Assembly (NCBI GenBank): GCA_964515335.1
Contig: CAZETS010000013.1
Span: forward strand, 11,728 to 75,727
Direction of reading: 5' to 3'
DNA length: 64,000 nt
DNA from: an uncultured Spirochaetaceae bacterium
GTDB lineage: Bacteria; Myxococcota_A; UBA9160; UBA4427
The notes below the pieces were generated by a model. It searched no databases, was not told the origin of the DNA, and saw only the letters and a list, made by a program, of their open reading frames with translations. Below, piece by piece: positions 16,778 to 27,840 of the stretch. The translations under genes and the position numbers were made by a program. The first letter of the stretch is position 1. The number at the start of each line of letters is the position of its first letter.

Positions 16778-17863
16778 TCAGGTGTCGAGGACGGGTGAGA
16801 GCCGCAGGGCGTTCTCCGTGTGCCAGCGCGTCGAGCCGTGGAACGTCTCCAGGGTCTTGATCCGCTTCAGGTAGATGTGCGGATCGTATTCCCAGGTGAA
16901 CCCCACGCCGCCGAGCAGCTGGATGGCCTGGCCGCACACGAAGCGTCCGGCGGGCCCGGCCCACGCCTTCGCGACCGACACCAGGTAGGGCGCCTCGGCG
17001 GGATCGCACTCCTCCGCCCAGGCGGCGCGGAAGGCCGCACTGCGGGTGCTCTCGGCCTTCAGCAGCATGTCGGCGGCGCGGTGCTGCAGGGCCTGGAAGG
17101 AGCCGAGCGGCGCTCCGAAGGCCTGCCGCTCCGACGTGTAGCCGACGGCGATTTCGAGGGCGCGCTCCATCAGCCCGAACATCTCGGCGGCGGCGCCGAG
17201 CGCGCCGAGGCGCGTGGCGTCGGCGAGCAGCGCACTGCTCTTCGCGGAGTCGGCGACGAGCGTGCCCGGGTCGTCGAGCGTGATGCTCGCGAAGCGCTGG
17301 GCATGGTCGATCGTGGTCAGCGGCTGCGCGTTCCAGCCGGCGCCGGGTCGCTCGACGAGGGCGAGCCCCTCGACGGTCTCCACCAGCAGCGCGTCGGCGT
17401 GGGCGCCGAAGGGCACGAAGACCTTCGTGCCGTTCACCTTGCCGCCGCTGCACGTCGCCGCCGGCGCCGCCGGATCGGCGCTGCCCAGGTCCTCGGCTCG
17501 CGCGAGCACCACGAGTGACTCGCCTCCGGCGGTGCGATCCGCCCAGCTCTTCGCGTCCTCCCCGTCGCACGCCGCGAGCGTGCGCGCCGCGACGGCGAGG
17601 TCGAGGAACGGCCCCGGAAACGCCACGCGCCCCATCTCGGCCAGCACGACCGCGTAGGCGATCGGCCCGAGCCCGCCCTGCGCCTCGTCGAGCAGCAGGC
17701 CCGGGTAGCCGAGCTCGCCCAACTGCTGGAAGAACGCCTTCGAGTAGCCCTCTGCGCTCTCCTCCATGACGGCCCGCATCTCGGCGAGCGGCGCCTCCTT
17801 CTCGAGGAGTTCGCGGGTGGACGAGCGCAGCAGCGCCTGGTCTTCGTTCAGCTCGAACTGCAT
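16778..17863 (-). CDS. Acyl-CoA dehydrogenase family protein
   Basis: 361 aa. The ACAD C-terminal pattern (QLLGGVGFTWEYDPHIYLKR) is present. Confidence 0.85.
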   Translation of the reverse strand: MQFELNEDQALLRSSTRELLEKEAPLAEMRAVMEESAEGYSKAFFQQLGELGYPGLLLDEAQGGLGPIAYAVVLAEMGRVAFPGPFLDLAVAARTLAACDGEDAKSWADRTAGGESLVVLARAEDLGSADPAAPAATCSGGKVNGTKVFVPFGAHADALLVETVEGLALVERPGAGWNAQPLTTIDHAQRFASITLDDPGTLVADSAKSSALLADATRLGALGAAAEMFGLMERALEIAVGYTSERQAFGAPLGSFQALQHRAADMLLKAESTRSAAFRAAWAEECDPAEAPYLVSVAKAWAGPAGRFVCGQAIQLLGGVGFTWEYDPHIYLKRIKTLETFHGSTRWHTENALRLSPVLDT

Positions 17864-17884
17864 GATGGTCCCCTTCTCCCGCTG

Positions 17885-19063
17885 CTAACGCGCCGTCGGC
17901 ATGCGCAGCACGCGCTTGGCGATGATGTTGCGCTGCACCTCGGACGAGCCCGAGTAGATGGTGCCGGCCCGCGACCACAGGTACTGGTACGCCCAGTCGA
18001 CGTCCGGCCGCGCATTCGGGGCGCGCGCGGCCAACTGGCCCTGCGGCCCCAGCAGCTCGACGGCCGTGTCGGTCATGTGCTGGTGGTACTCGGACCAGAA
18101 GATCTTCTCGATCGACGACTCGGGGCCCGGCGCGATGCCGCCCGCCATGTTGGCGAGCGTGCGCAGCCCGTTGCCGCGCATCACCTCGTTCTCCACGACG
18201 AGACGCCCGAGCTTTTCGCGCACGTCCTCGCGCTCGAGGTCGCCGCGATCGCCGAGGCCCGACACCAGACCCTGCAGCTGCAGCTCGTACTCGGCGGGAC
18301 TGCGCAGCGTGGCGGCGCCCCGCTCGTAGCCGAGCACCGTCATGGCGATCCGCCAGCCCTCGCCGAGCTGGCCGACGATGTGCTCGCGTTTGGCGAGCGC
18401 GCCGTCGAAGAAGACCTCTCCGAACTCCGACTCGCCGGTGATCTGCTTGAGGCCGCGCATGTCGACGCCCGGCTGGTCGATCGGCATCAGGAAGAAGGTG
18501 ATGCCGCCGTAGCGGTCCTCCATGTCGGTGCGCGCCAGCACGAAGATCCAGTCCGACCAGGGGCCGAACGTGGTCCACACCTTCTGGCCGTGGATGCGGA
18601 AGTCGTCGCCGTCGGGCTCGGCGCGGGTGCGCAGACCGGCCAGGTCCGACCCGGCGCTCGGCTCGCTGAAGCCCTGGCACCAGATCTCCTCGCCGCTGAG
18701 CATCTTCGGAATGAAGCGCTTGCGCTGCTCCTCGTTGCCGTGATGGATGAGCGCCGGGCCGAGCAGCGAGATGCCGAGGAAGTTCGGCACCTGCGGTGTG
18801 TCGGCGTGCACGAGCTCGGCGTGCAGGATCGCCTCCTCCACCTCGGTGGCGCCGCGACCGCCCCACTCGGAGGCCCACTGCATGCCGAGGTAGCCGGCGT
18901 CGTTCAGCTTGCGCTGCCACTCGCGGCGCACCTCGACGAGGGCGTCGGCGTCGTAGGCGGGATCCTTCACGTAGGCGGTGAACGGGCGGTCGAGGTTCTG
19001 CTCGATCCAGGCGCGCACGTCCTTCTGGAAGGCCAGCTGCTCTTCGGTGAAGCGGAGATCCAT
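17885..19063 (-). CDS. Acyl-CoA dehydrogenase family protein
   Basis: ATG at 19063 follows GAGGAG (MDLRFTEEQLAFQ). WCQGFSEPSAGSD, GQKVWTT and IYSGSSEVQRNIIA blocks are present. The upstream 100 codons of the track ORF are discarded. Confidence 0.9.
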   Translation of the reverse strand: MDLRFTEEQLAFQKDVRAWIEQNLDRPFTAYVKDPAYDADALVEVRREWQRKLNDAGYLGMQWASEWGGRGATEVEEAILHAELVHADTPQVPNFLGISLLGPALIHHGNEEQRKRFIPKMLSGEEIWCQGFSEPSAGSDLAGLRTRAEPDGDDFRIHGQKVWTTFGPWSDWIFVLARTDMEDRYGGITFFLMPIDQPGVDMRGLKQITGESEFGEVFFDGALAKREHIVGQLGEGWRIAMTVLGYERGAATLRSPAEYELQLQGLVSGLGDRGDLEREDVREKLGRLVVENEVMRGNGLRTLANMAGGIAPGPESSIEKIFWSEYHQHMTDTAVELLGPQGQLAARAPNARPDVDWAYQYLWSRAGTIYSGSSEVQRNIIAKRVLRMPTAR

Positions 19064-19158
19064 CGGGGGGCTCCTCGTCTCGTGTGTGTCTTCGCGCCCG
19101 CAGACAGGTGGTACCCCTCCCGATGCGGTTGGGCACACCCATTGCCATGGGCCGTCCA

Positions 19159-19200
19159 CTGCATGCTCGCACATGCAGGTGAGAGGTCTCGACTGCATGG
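19159..19200. promoter_or_regulatory. Candidate enhancer (UAS): palindrome CTGCATG-N6-CATGCAG plus a third CTGCATG copy
   Basis: Read directly. CTGCATGCTCGCACATGCAG lies at 19159..19178 and ACTGCATG at 19192..19199. It is centred about 70-90 bp upstream of the sigma-54 -24 box. Confidence 0.3.
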
Positions 19201-19247
19201 CTTCCGCTGCACTTCTGGCGCGAGGGCCCACCAGCGGCCCCTCGCCT

Positions 19248-19263
19248 GGGCACGCCGATTGCT
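19248..19263 (+). promoter_or_regulatory. Sigma-54 (RpoN) promoter, GGGCACGCCGATTGCT
   Basis: Matches the consensus TGGCACG-N4-TTGCW at 15 of 16 positions with exact GG-N10-GC spacing. It faces the kinase-kinase-activator-pspA genes. Confidence 0.55.
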
Positions 19264-19542
19264 CTGTGGGATGGGCGAGGTCTGCGGCACGCGAGCGGGT
19301 CGCGAAGACGTGGTCCGCGAGAGAGCGGGCCAGCGCCGGAGAGAGGTCGAGAGATGGGGACACGCGCGGGCCGAGCCAGACGCCACCAGAGCCGGCCCCG
19401 GGTTTCGGCGGGATTCGGAATCGCGCCGGACGAGGCGGCGCCGCTTCCCTCGGGGGTGATGGCCCGTGCCGTGGGACGTCCCGGCTTGCGGCTCCATACT
19501 CGCTGCGAGCGGCCTCCCGGCTGCCCAGACGAAGGAAGCGAC

Positions 19543-20664
19543 GTGTCGGACGAGCATTCGGTCCTCGAGCCGATCATCGAGCGAAGCGCGGCCCGTCGCG
19601 AGCGGCGGCACCGCCGCATGGCGCCGCCCGCCGCCGGTCGCGAAGGCCGCGGCCGCCGGCGCCTCACGCCCGAGCAGCGCGCGTATCGCGCGGCCCGGCG
19701 GCGTGCGAACGACCGCCTGCTCTTCTACACGCACTTCGCGGTCTACGGCTCGGTGCTGCTGCTGCTGCTCGGCACCACGCGCTCGTTCCGAGTGGTGTTC
19801 CTGGTCGCGACGTCGTGGGGCATCGCGGTCTTCCTCCACTACTTCTGGTCGATCATCGCGCCCGGCCTGCGCGAGCGCTGGGTCGAGCGCGAAGTCGGGC
19901 AGCGGGTCGAGCGCGACGTCGAGGGCGAGCGCCAACGCACCGAGGACCGCCACGTCCGTTCGATGGAGAGCCTGTCGGCCTCGATCGCGCACGAGATCCG
20001 CAACCCGATCACCGCCGCGAAGAGCCTGGTGCAGCAGATGGGCGAGGATCCGGTCTCGCAGACGAACCTCGAGTACGCGAGTGTCGCGCTCGAGGAGCTC
20101 GACCGCGTCGAACGCTCGATCTCGCACCTGCTGCGCTTCGCCCGCGACGAAGAGCTGCGCGTCGAGGCGATCCGGCTGCAGGACGTCGTGACGTCGGGGC
20201 TCGAGACGTTCCGCGACCGCATCGAGCGGACGGGTGTCCGCGTCGAGACCGGGCTCGACACCCCCGGCGAGATGGAGGGCGACGCCGACAAGCTTCGCCG
20301 GGTGGTCATCAACCTCGTCGGCAACGCGATCGACGCCCTGTATCAGGCGGGCATCGCCGATGCGCGCATCGAGGTGATGTCCGGCGACAACCTGGCCGGC
20401 ACCGAAGTGTGGTTGCGGGTGCGCGACAACGGCCCCGGCATCCCGGACGAGACGCGGGCCAGGATCTTCGATCCGTTCTACACCACGAAGAGTCAGGGGA
20501 CGGGGCTCGGCCTCGCCCTGTCGCGCAAGGTCGTCGAGGCTCACGGCGGCGCGATGGAGCTCGAGTCGTCGCCCGGTACCGGCACCGAGTTCGTGCTGGT
20601 CTTCCCCAAGGAGCAGCCGCGCGCGCGCGACGCGAAGCGACCGTCCGGAGGAGAGCGCTCGTGA
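19543..20664 (+). CDS. Sensor histidine kinase 1: basic N-terminus, 2TM-type membrane hairpin, HisKA and HATPase domains
   Basis: GTG at 19543 follows GAAGGAAG; ATG at 19459 (MARAV) is an alternative start. LLFYTHFAVYGSVLLLLLG..VVFLVATSWGIAVFLHYFW forms the 2TM hairpin. H-box SASIAHEIRNPIT, N-box NLVGNAIDA, and G-boxes DNGPGI and GTGLGL are present. Confidence 0.85.
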   Translation: MSDEHSVLEPIIERSAARRERRHRRMAPPAAGREGRGRRRLTPEQRAYRAARRRANDRLLFYTHFAVYGSVLLLLLGTTRSFRVVFLVATSWGIAVFLHYFWSIIAPGLRERWVEREVGQRVERDVEGERQRTEDRHVRSMESLSASIAHEIRNPITAAKSLVQQMGEDPVSQTNLEYASVALEELDRVERSISHLLRFARDEELRVEAIRLQDVVTSGLETFRDRIERTGVRVETGLDTPGEMEGDADKLRRVVINLVGNAIDALYQAGIADARIEVMSGDNLAGTEVWLRVRDNGPGIPDETRARIFDPFYTTKSQGTGLGLALSRKVVEAHGGAMELESSPGTGTEFVLVFPKEQPRARDAKRPSGGERS

Positions 20665-20732
20665 GGGTGTCCACCCACGAAGCCTGCCCGGCGTCGGGTA
20701 CCCTTTTGCGGCACCAGCTGGAGGAACTCCCG

Positions 20733-21877
20733 ATGGCGCGCTCACGCGACGAGCGAACCGGCGCCCCCGGCGGCGCGCGCAGCCGGCGCCGCGGCCGTCT
20801 GCAGCGTCACGGCCGCCGCCCCCGCGGATCGCAGAAGCCCCCGGACGAATCGCACGACGCGAGCCTGCTCGGCGAGCTCGACGAGTCGCTGATGGATCCC
20901 GAAGAGCGCGCCTGGGCCGAGGCGCATCGCGCCGCGGACGAGAAGGTGAAGCTCTGGGGCAAGGTCGCCCGGCTGGCCATCGTCGCCGTGCCGTTCATGA
21001 TCTTCATTCCCTGGGTCGGCTTCGTGATCTTCTTCTTCGGCGGCATGAACCTCGCCCGCCGGGCCTACCGGATCTACTACGAGCCGAGGCTGCGCGAGCG
21101 CTTCATCGACGAGGAGGTCTCGAAGCGCATCGACCGCAGCGTGCGGGCCGAGCGGCAGAGCCTCGAGGGCGAGCACGCCCAGACCCTCGAGCGGCTCTCG
21201 GCCTCGATCGCCCACGAGATCCGCAATCCGATCACCGCCGCCAAGAGCCTCGTGCAGCAGATGGGCGAGGACCCGGTCAACTCCGAGAACGTCGAGTACG
21301 CGAGCGTGGCGCTCGGCGAGCTCGAGCGGGTCGAGCGGTCGATCTCGCACCTGCTCCGCTACGCGCGCGAGGAGGAGATGCGCCTCGACGTCGTCCGCCT
21401 GGCGGACGTGCTCGATTCGGCGATCGAGACCTTCCGCGACCGGGCAAGGCGCGAGAACGTGAAGATCGTGAAGAGCTACGACTGCGAGGGCGCGATGCAG
21501 GGCGACGCCGAAATGCTGCGCCGCGTGGCCATCAACCTCGTCGGCAACGCGATGGACGCGCTCGGCGACGGCGCCACCCCGGATCCGCGCATCGACGTGG
21601 CGCTCGGCGAGAACCTCGCCGGCACCGAGGTGTGGGTGCGGGTGTGCGACAACGGCGCGGGCGTCGGCCCCGATGCGCGCGACCGCATCTTCGATCCCTT
21701 CTACACGTCGAAGGAGCACGGCACGGGGCTCGGGCTGCCGATCACCCGCAAGCTCGTCGAGTCGCACGGCGGCGAGATCGAGCTGACCGAGTCGCGGGGC
21801 AGCGGGGCCGAGTTCGTGCTGACCTTCCCGAAGGCGGGCCGCCGCCGTGAGGGCACGGGGCAGGAGGGAGAAGCCCG

Positions 21878-21881
<4 letters not shown>
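20733..21881 (+). CDS. Sensor histidine kinase 2, a paralog of kinase 1 with the same architecture
   Basis: ATG at 20733 follows GGAGGA. The TM hairpin is LAIVAVPFMIFIPWVGFVIFFFGG. The H-box peptide is identical to kinase 1. NLVGNAMDA, DNGAGV and GTGLGL are present. Confidence 0.85.
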
Positions 21882-23290
<1,409 letters not shown>

Positions 23291-23342
23291 CGCGCCCACC
23301 ACGAGACGAACCGAGTCAGGTCACAACCACAGGAGACGAACC

Positions 23343-24113
23343 ATGAGCTACAGCAAGCGACCGGGCATGTGGGCCAGGCTGCGAAGCCTGGTCGGAGGCC
23401 TCTTCGGCAGCTGGGTGCGCGAGCGCGAGCAGCAGAGCCCGGAGGTCGTCTACGAGCAGGCGATCGGCGAGCGGGTGCGCCAGTACCGCGAACTCAAGGA
23501 GGCCGTGGCCGGCATCCTCTACATGCGCAACAAGCTCGAGCAGGAGATCAACGAGCGGCGCGTCGAGATCGCGCGCATGCACGACGACGTGCGGCGGGCG
23601 GTGCGGGCGGGTCGCGACGAGATCTCGCTCACGCTGATCGGCCAGAAGCAGGCGCTGTTCGAGGATCTCGAGCGCGCCGAGCAGGAGCTGTCCACGGTGC
23701 GCACCCAGGCCGACGAGGCCAAGGCCAACCTCGTTCGCTTCCGCGAGGAGATCCGCTCGCTGGTGCGCGAGAAGGGCCACATGCTCGCGACCCTGGCGAA
23801 CGCCCAGGCCCGCCGGCGCCTGCAGGTTGCGATCGAGGGGCTCTCGGTGGACGCCGAGATGGACGCGCTCGAAAGCGTGCGCGACCACATCTCGCGGATC
23901 GCCATGGAGGGCGACCTGAGCAGGGAGATCGGCGACGACGGCCTGGTGATGCGCGAGCGGCTGCGCGAGTTCCGCGACGAGGCGCGGCGCGAGTCGGCGC
24001 GCAGCGAGCTCGATCAGCTCAAGCGCGAGCTCTCGAGCCACACGCTGGCGGGCGAGGCGGTGACGCACGTCGAGCACGGGCGCGAGCCGGCCGCGGCCGC
24101 TGCGGCGGGCTGA
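23343..24113 (+). CDS. pspA: PspA/IM30-family (phage shock protein A-like) protein
   Basis: ATG at 23343 follows AGGAGA. It is 256 aa and coiled-coil rich, with the family N-terminus (WARLRSLVGGLFGSWV...PEVVYEQAI..) and an ATLANAQARRRL pattern. Confidence 0.8.
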   Translation: MSYSKRPGMWARLRSLVGGLFGSWVREREQQSPEVVYEQAIGERVRQYRELKEAVAGILYMRNKLEQEINERRVEIARMHDDVRRAVRAGRDEISLTLIGQKQALFEDLERAEQELSTVRTQADEAKANLVRFREEIRSLVREKGHMLATLANAQARRRLQVAIEGLSVDAEMDALESVRDHISRIAMEGDLSREIGDDGLVMRERLREFRDEARRESARSELDQLKRELSSHTLAGEAVTHVEHGREPAAAAAAG

Positions 24114-24146
24114 GCGGGCCGCCGAGTCGCGACGACGCCGTTCGAA

Positions 24147-24185
24147 CGGGCGCCCGGCTCCGCGAGGAGGCGGGCGCCTCTTCGT
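24147..24185 (+). terminator. Rho-independent-type terminator after pspA
   Basis: GGGCGCCCG-loop-CGGGCGCC stem followed by TCTTCGTT. Confidence 0.5.
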
Positions 24186-24255
24186 TGCGAGCGCCGGCGT
24201 CGTCCGGCCCCGGCGAGTCCTCCCGCGCCACCCTGATCCGTCCTATCCTTCCGCA

Positions 24256-24612
24256 ATGGGATTCCACATCACCGGACGACTCCACCGCAAGTTCGAAGCC
24301 GAGCAGAAGACCGAGCGCTTTCGCAAGCGCGACTTCGTGATCGAGCTCGCCGAGAACCCCCGCTACCCGCAGTTCGTGCAGTTCCAGCTGACGGGCGACC
24401 GCTGCGAGGCGCTCGACGACTACAAAGAGGGCGACGAGCTGCGGCTCGAGTTCAGCCTGCGCGGCCGCGAGTGGACGCCCCAGGGCGGCGAGACGCGCTA
24501 CTTCAACAGCCTCGACGTCTGGACCATCGAGCGCGCCGCGGATGCGCCCCACGGCGACGAGCCGCCGCCGCCCGAGGAGCCGCCGGGCTTCGCGGACGAT
24601 CCGCCCTTCTGA
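24256..24612 (+). CDS. DUF3127-family OB-fold-like protein with a Pro/Glu-rich tail ending ADDPPF
   Basis: 118 aa. RKRDFVIEL..PRYPQFVQFQLTGDRCEALDDYKEGDELRLEFSLRGREW...RYFNSLDVWTIE follows the DUF3127 pattern. Confidence 0.75.
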   Translation: MGFHITGRLHRKFEAEQKTERFRKRDFVIELAENPRYPQFVQFQLTGDRCEALDDYKEGDELRLEFSLRGREWTPQGGETRYFNSLDVWTIERAADAPHGDEPPPPEEPPGFADDPPF

Positions 24613-24650
24613 TTCGGACGCGCCCGTCGGCGCGCCGAGGGCTCGGCCTG

Positions 24651-26486
24651 CTAGTCGATGTAGCCGAGCGCGCGCAGACGCCTGCGCGTCTCGTCGTCGA
24701 GGGCCGGGCCGGGCTTCGCCGGTGAGGCGGGTGTCGCCGACTCGAGGTAGCCGGCGATCATCGCGCGGTGTCGCTGCAGCTCCTCCGGGTGCTGGCTCGA
24801 CACGTCACGCGTCTCGAGGGGGTCGGCTTCGAGGTCGTAGAGCGCCTCGCCCGCGTCGGTGAGCGACACGACGAGCTTGAAGCGACCCGTCTGAACCGCC
24901 ACGCGGCTCAGCTCGCACCCGCCGCGGATCTTGCAGTCTTCGTCGTCGGCGTCGGTCTCGGAGAAGGCCGGTCGCGCCGGCGGAGCCGTCCCGTCGCCGC
25001 GCAGCGCCCCGGCCAGGCTGCGGCCGTCCAGCCGGTCCGGCAGGCCGAGCTCCGCGAGCTCGAGCAGGGTCGGCAGGACATCGGCGAGCTGCACCGGGTC
25101 GTTGCTCACCCCGGCCTCGATGCGCCCGGGCCAGCGGAAGGCGAGCGGAACGTGGAGCACGCGATTGTGCAGCGTGCCGCCGTGCTCGAGGCGGCCCTGC
25201 TCGCCGAAGAGATCGCCGTGATCGGCGGTGAGGACGACGATCGTGTCGTCGTCGAGGCCGAGCTCGCGGAGCCGCTCGAAGAAGCCGCCCACGATGCGAT
25301 CGAGGTACTGGATCTCGCCCGCGTGCAGCGCCTCGAGTCGATCGATGGCGGCCTCGTCGAGCAGCTGCTCGCCGCGGTTGTGCCGGAGCATTGCGGCGGC
25401 GCCGATGCTGCGCGTGTCGCCGGGTGTCAGGCGGTCGGCAAGGGCCTGCGCGTCGGCGTCGCGCGGCGTATAGGGCGAGTGCACCTCGTAGGTGTGGACG
25501 AAGAGGAAGAAGCGCGTGTCGCGGCCGGCGTCGGCGAGCCACTGCTCGGCGTCGCGAAAGGTGCGCTCGCTCTGGCCGTGCAGGGCCGCGCCCTCGCCGA
25601 CGCCGTCCTCGTAGCGGTCGAAGCCGGTCGAGAACCCGAAGTCCGAGCCCACGAAGGCGTTCTCGGTGAAGGCCGCCGTGCGGTAGCCGCGGCCGGCGAA
25701 GGTCTCGACGAGGCTCGGCAGGCGGCGGCTCGTCATGCCGTAGAAGCCGTGGTGGAGGGGGTAGAGGCCGGTGAAGAGTGTCGCGTGGGAGCCGAGCGTG
25801 GCGGGGTACTGGGCGAAGGCGCGCCGGAACGAGAAGCCGTCCGCCAGGAAGGCATCGATCGCGGGACTGGCGTCGGACACGTGACCGAACGAGCCGAGAT
25901 AGGCGGCGCCGAGTGTGTCGAGGGAGACGAGGATCACGTTCGGCGGCGGCTCGTGGGGGTCCGCGGGTGTTGCCGGCTCGGGTGCGGTGAAGCTCACCGA
26001 GCCCCAGAACGCCTTGCCGGCGTGGGTGGCGGGCTCGCGCGGCTCGGTGACGAAGCGGAAGTGCCGGCTGCCTGCCGGGAGATCGAGCCGGTGATCGGAC
26101 CAGACTCCGTTGGAATCGACCGCCTGACGGAAGATCGGCTGCCAGGCGTCACCGCGGCGTCGTTCGATCGAGAAGACGGCCGCCGAGCCGGGGTCGCCTC
26201 CGCGGGCCCCGATGCTGAAGACGATGCGGCGCGCGCTCCGCTCGGTGCTGACCTCGAAGCTCCGCTGCGTGTTGGCGAGGAGCGGGACGGCGTGGCGGGT
26301 GCTCTGGGCGAGCTTGACGGGCTCGGTCGCCGCCGGCGGGTCGGTCGATGCGCCCTCCGCCGCAGCGAGCCGAGCGATCACCTCGTGGCGCCGGCCGTCG
26401 TCGAGCGGCTCGCAGGACAGGGCGATCGGCAGAGCGAGCAGCAGCCGGACGAGCGTGCTGGCGCCGCGGCGATGCCGGGCCCTCAC
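24651..26486 (-). CDS. Sulfatase-like (alkaline-phosphatase superfamily) lipoprotein with an extra N-terminal domain
   Basis: Start taken at GTG 26486 (VRARHRRGASTLVRLLLALPIALSC); start confidence is moderate. NVILVSLDTLGAAYLG and HVPLAFRWPG blocks fit the sulfatase fold. The nucleophile region reads YPATLGSHATLFTG. Confidence 0.75.
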   Translation of the reverse strand: MRARHRRGASTLVRLLLALPIALSCEPLDDGRRHEVIARLAAAEGASTDPPAATEPVKLAQSTRHAVPLLANTQRSFEVSTERSARRIVFSIGARGGDPGSAAVFSIERRRGDAWQPIFRQAVDSNGVWSDHRLDLPAGSRHFRFVTEPREPATHAGKAFWGSVSFTAPEPATPADPHEPPPNVILVSLDTLGAAYLGSFGHVSDASPAIDAFLADGFSFRRAFAQYPATLGSHATLFTGLYPLHHGFYGMTSRRLPSLVETFAGRGYRTAAFTENAFVGSDFGFSTGFDRYEDGVGEGAALHGQSERTFRDAEQWLADAGRDTRFFLFVHTYEVHSPYTPRDADAQALADRLTPGDTRSIGAAAMLRHNRGEQLLDEAAIDRLEALHAGEIQYLDRIVGGFFERLRELGLDDDTIVVLTADHGDLFGEQGRLEHGGTLHNRVLHVPLAFRWPGRIEAGVSNDPVQLADVLPTLLELAELGLPDRLDGRSLAGALRGDGTAPPARPAFSETDADDEDCKIRGGCELSRVAVQTGRFKLVVSLTDAGEALYDLEADPLETRDVSSQHPEELQRHRAMIAGYLESATPASPAKPGPALDDETRRRLRALGYID

Positions 26487-26563
26487 GGCATGCCCCGCCG
26501 AAGGTGGCTTCCGGCACGGTGCTCCGTACGCGGCATGGCGCGAGCGTAGCAGTCGGTGCGCGC

Positions 26564-27328
26564 TCAGATCCCCTCGGTGCGATGCGCGCCCCGCCACATC
26601 AGGTTCGGCAGGAAGCGGCGCATCCGCTGGGTGATCGCGGAGGTCGAGTCGGGGTAGATCATCAGCCGGCCGCGCTCGAGCCCGCGCTCGATGGCGGCGA
26701 GCACCTTTTCGGGCGCAATCGGCGGCAGCCCCTCGAGCACCTTCGGCTGGCTCTTCGCCTGATCGAGCAGCGGGGTGGCGACCGGCGGCGGGCACACGCA
26801 CGCGAAGCGGACGCCCTTGTTGCGGTTCTCGTGATGGAGCACTTCGGTGAAGGCCACCACGGCGAACTTCGACGCGTTGTAGGCGCCGAAGTGCAAGGCG
26901 GGCAGCCAGCCCGCGATCGAGGCGAAGTTGACGAGGTCGCCGCGGCCGCGCTCGATCATTCCGGGCAGCGTCGCCATCGTGAGGTTGACGGTGCCGAAAT
27001 AGTTGATCTCGGTGATGCGGTTGATGAGCCGGGCATCCTGATCGAGCAGGAGGCCTGTGGGCATGATGGCCGCTGCGTTCATGACGCGATCGACGGGACC
27101 GAGATCGCCCTCGATGCGACGCACCGCCTCGGCCACGTGGGGCTCGTCGGTCACGTCGAGGGGGTACGCGCGCACGCCCGGCAGGTCGCGGCCGGTCTCG
27201 CGCAGGCCCTCCTCGTTGACGTCGACGGCGGCGACCTTGGCGCCGGCCTCGGCGAGCTGTCGGGCGGCGAGCCGTCCCATGCCGCTGCCGGCACCGGTGA
27301 CGAGAGCGACGGATCCGTGGAACGCCAT
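26564..27328 (-). CDS. Short-chain dehydrogenase/reductase (SDR)
   Basis: ATG at 27328 follows CAGGAGA. TGAGSGMG cofactor motif and YNASK catalytic motif are present. Confidence 0.85.
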   Translation of the reverse strand: MAFHGSVALVTGAGSGMGRLAARQLAEAGAKVAAVDVNEEGLRETGRDLPGVRAYPLDVTDEPHVAEAVRRIEGDLGPVDRVMNAAAIMPTGLLLDQDARLINRITEINYFGTVNLTMATLPGMIERGRGDLVNFASIAGWLPALHFGAYNASKFAVVAFTEVLHHENRNKGVRFACVCPPPVATPLLDQAKSQPKVLEGLPPIAPEKVLAAIERGLERGRLMIYPDSTSAITQRMRRFLPNLMWRGAHRTEGI

Positions 27329-27507
27329 GGCGGTCTCCTGTGTGCCGGACGGGCCGGGGCGAGGGCCCGCCTCGAGCCGCCTGCGGCCGATTGGCAGGCC
27401 CTCGCAGTCTAAGCTAACTATCCGGGCCTTCGGCACCCCCGGGTGCCGTCCTCCATCTCCGATCCGGTCCGCGCCCGCACCGTGGCGCGGCCCTCCGAGG
27501 CATCGCC

Positions 27508-27795
27508 ATGGCCCGCCGCTGCGCCCTGACCGGCAAGGACGTCCAGTTCGGACACAACGTCTCGCACTCGATGCGGGCGACCAACCGCCGCTTCGACCCG
27601 AACATCCAGAAGGTCACGCTCGCCTCCGAGACGCTCGGCCGCTCGATCCGCCTGCGGGTCGCCACCCGCACGCTGCGCACGGTCCAGAAGAAGGGCGGCC
27701 TCGACGGCTTCCTGCTCGGCACCGACGACGCCAAGCTGATGCCCGACGCCCAGCGCCTCAAGCGGCAGATCAAGAAGAAGCTGTCCGGCCGCTAG
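27508..27795 (+). CDS. rpmB: 50S ribosomal protein L28
   Basis: MARRCALTGKDVQFGHNVSHSMRATNRRFDPNIQ is the canonical L28 N-terminus. Confidence 0.9.
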   Translation: MARRCALTGKDVQFGHNVSHSMRATNRRFDPNIQKVTLASETLGRSIRLRVATRTLRTVQKKGGLDGFLLGTDDAKLMPDAQRLKRQIKKKLSGR

Positions 27796-27840
27796 CGCCC
27801 CAGAAAGCGCCGCCAGCCACAGCGATTGGCCAGCAGCGAA

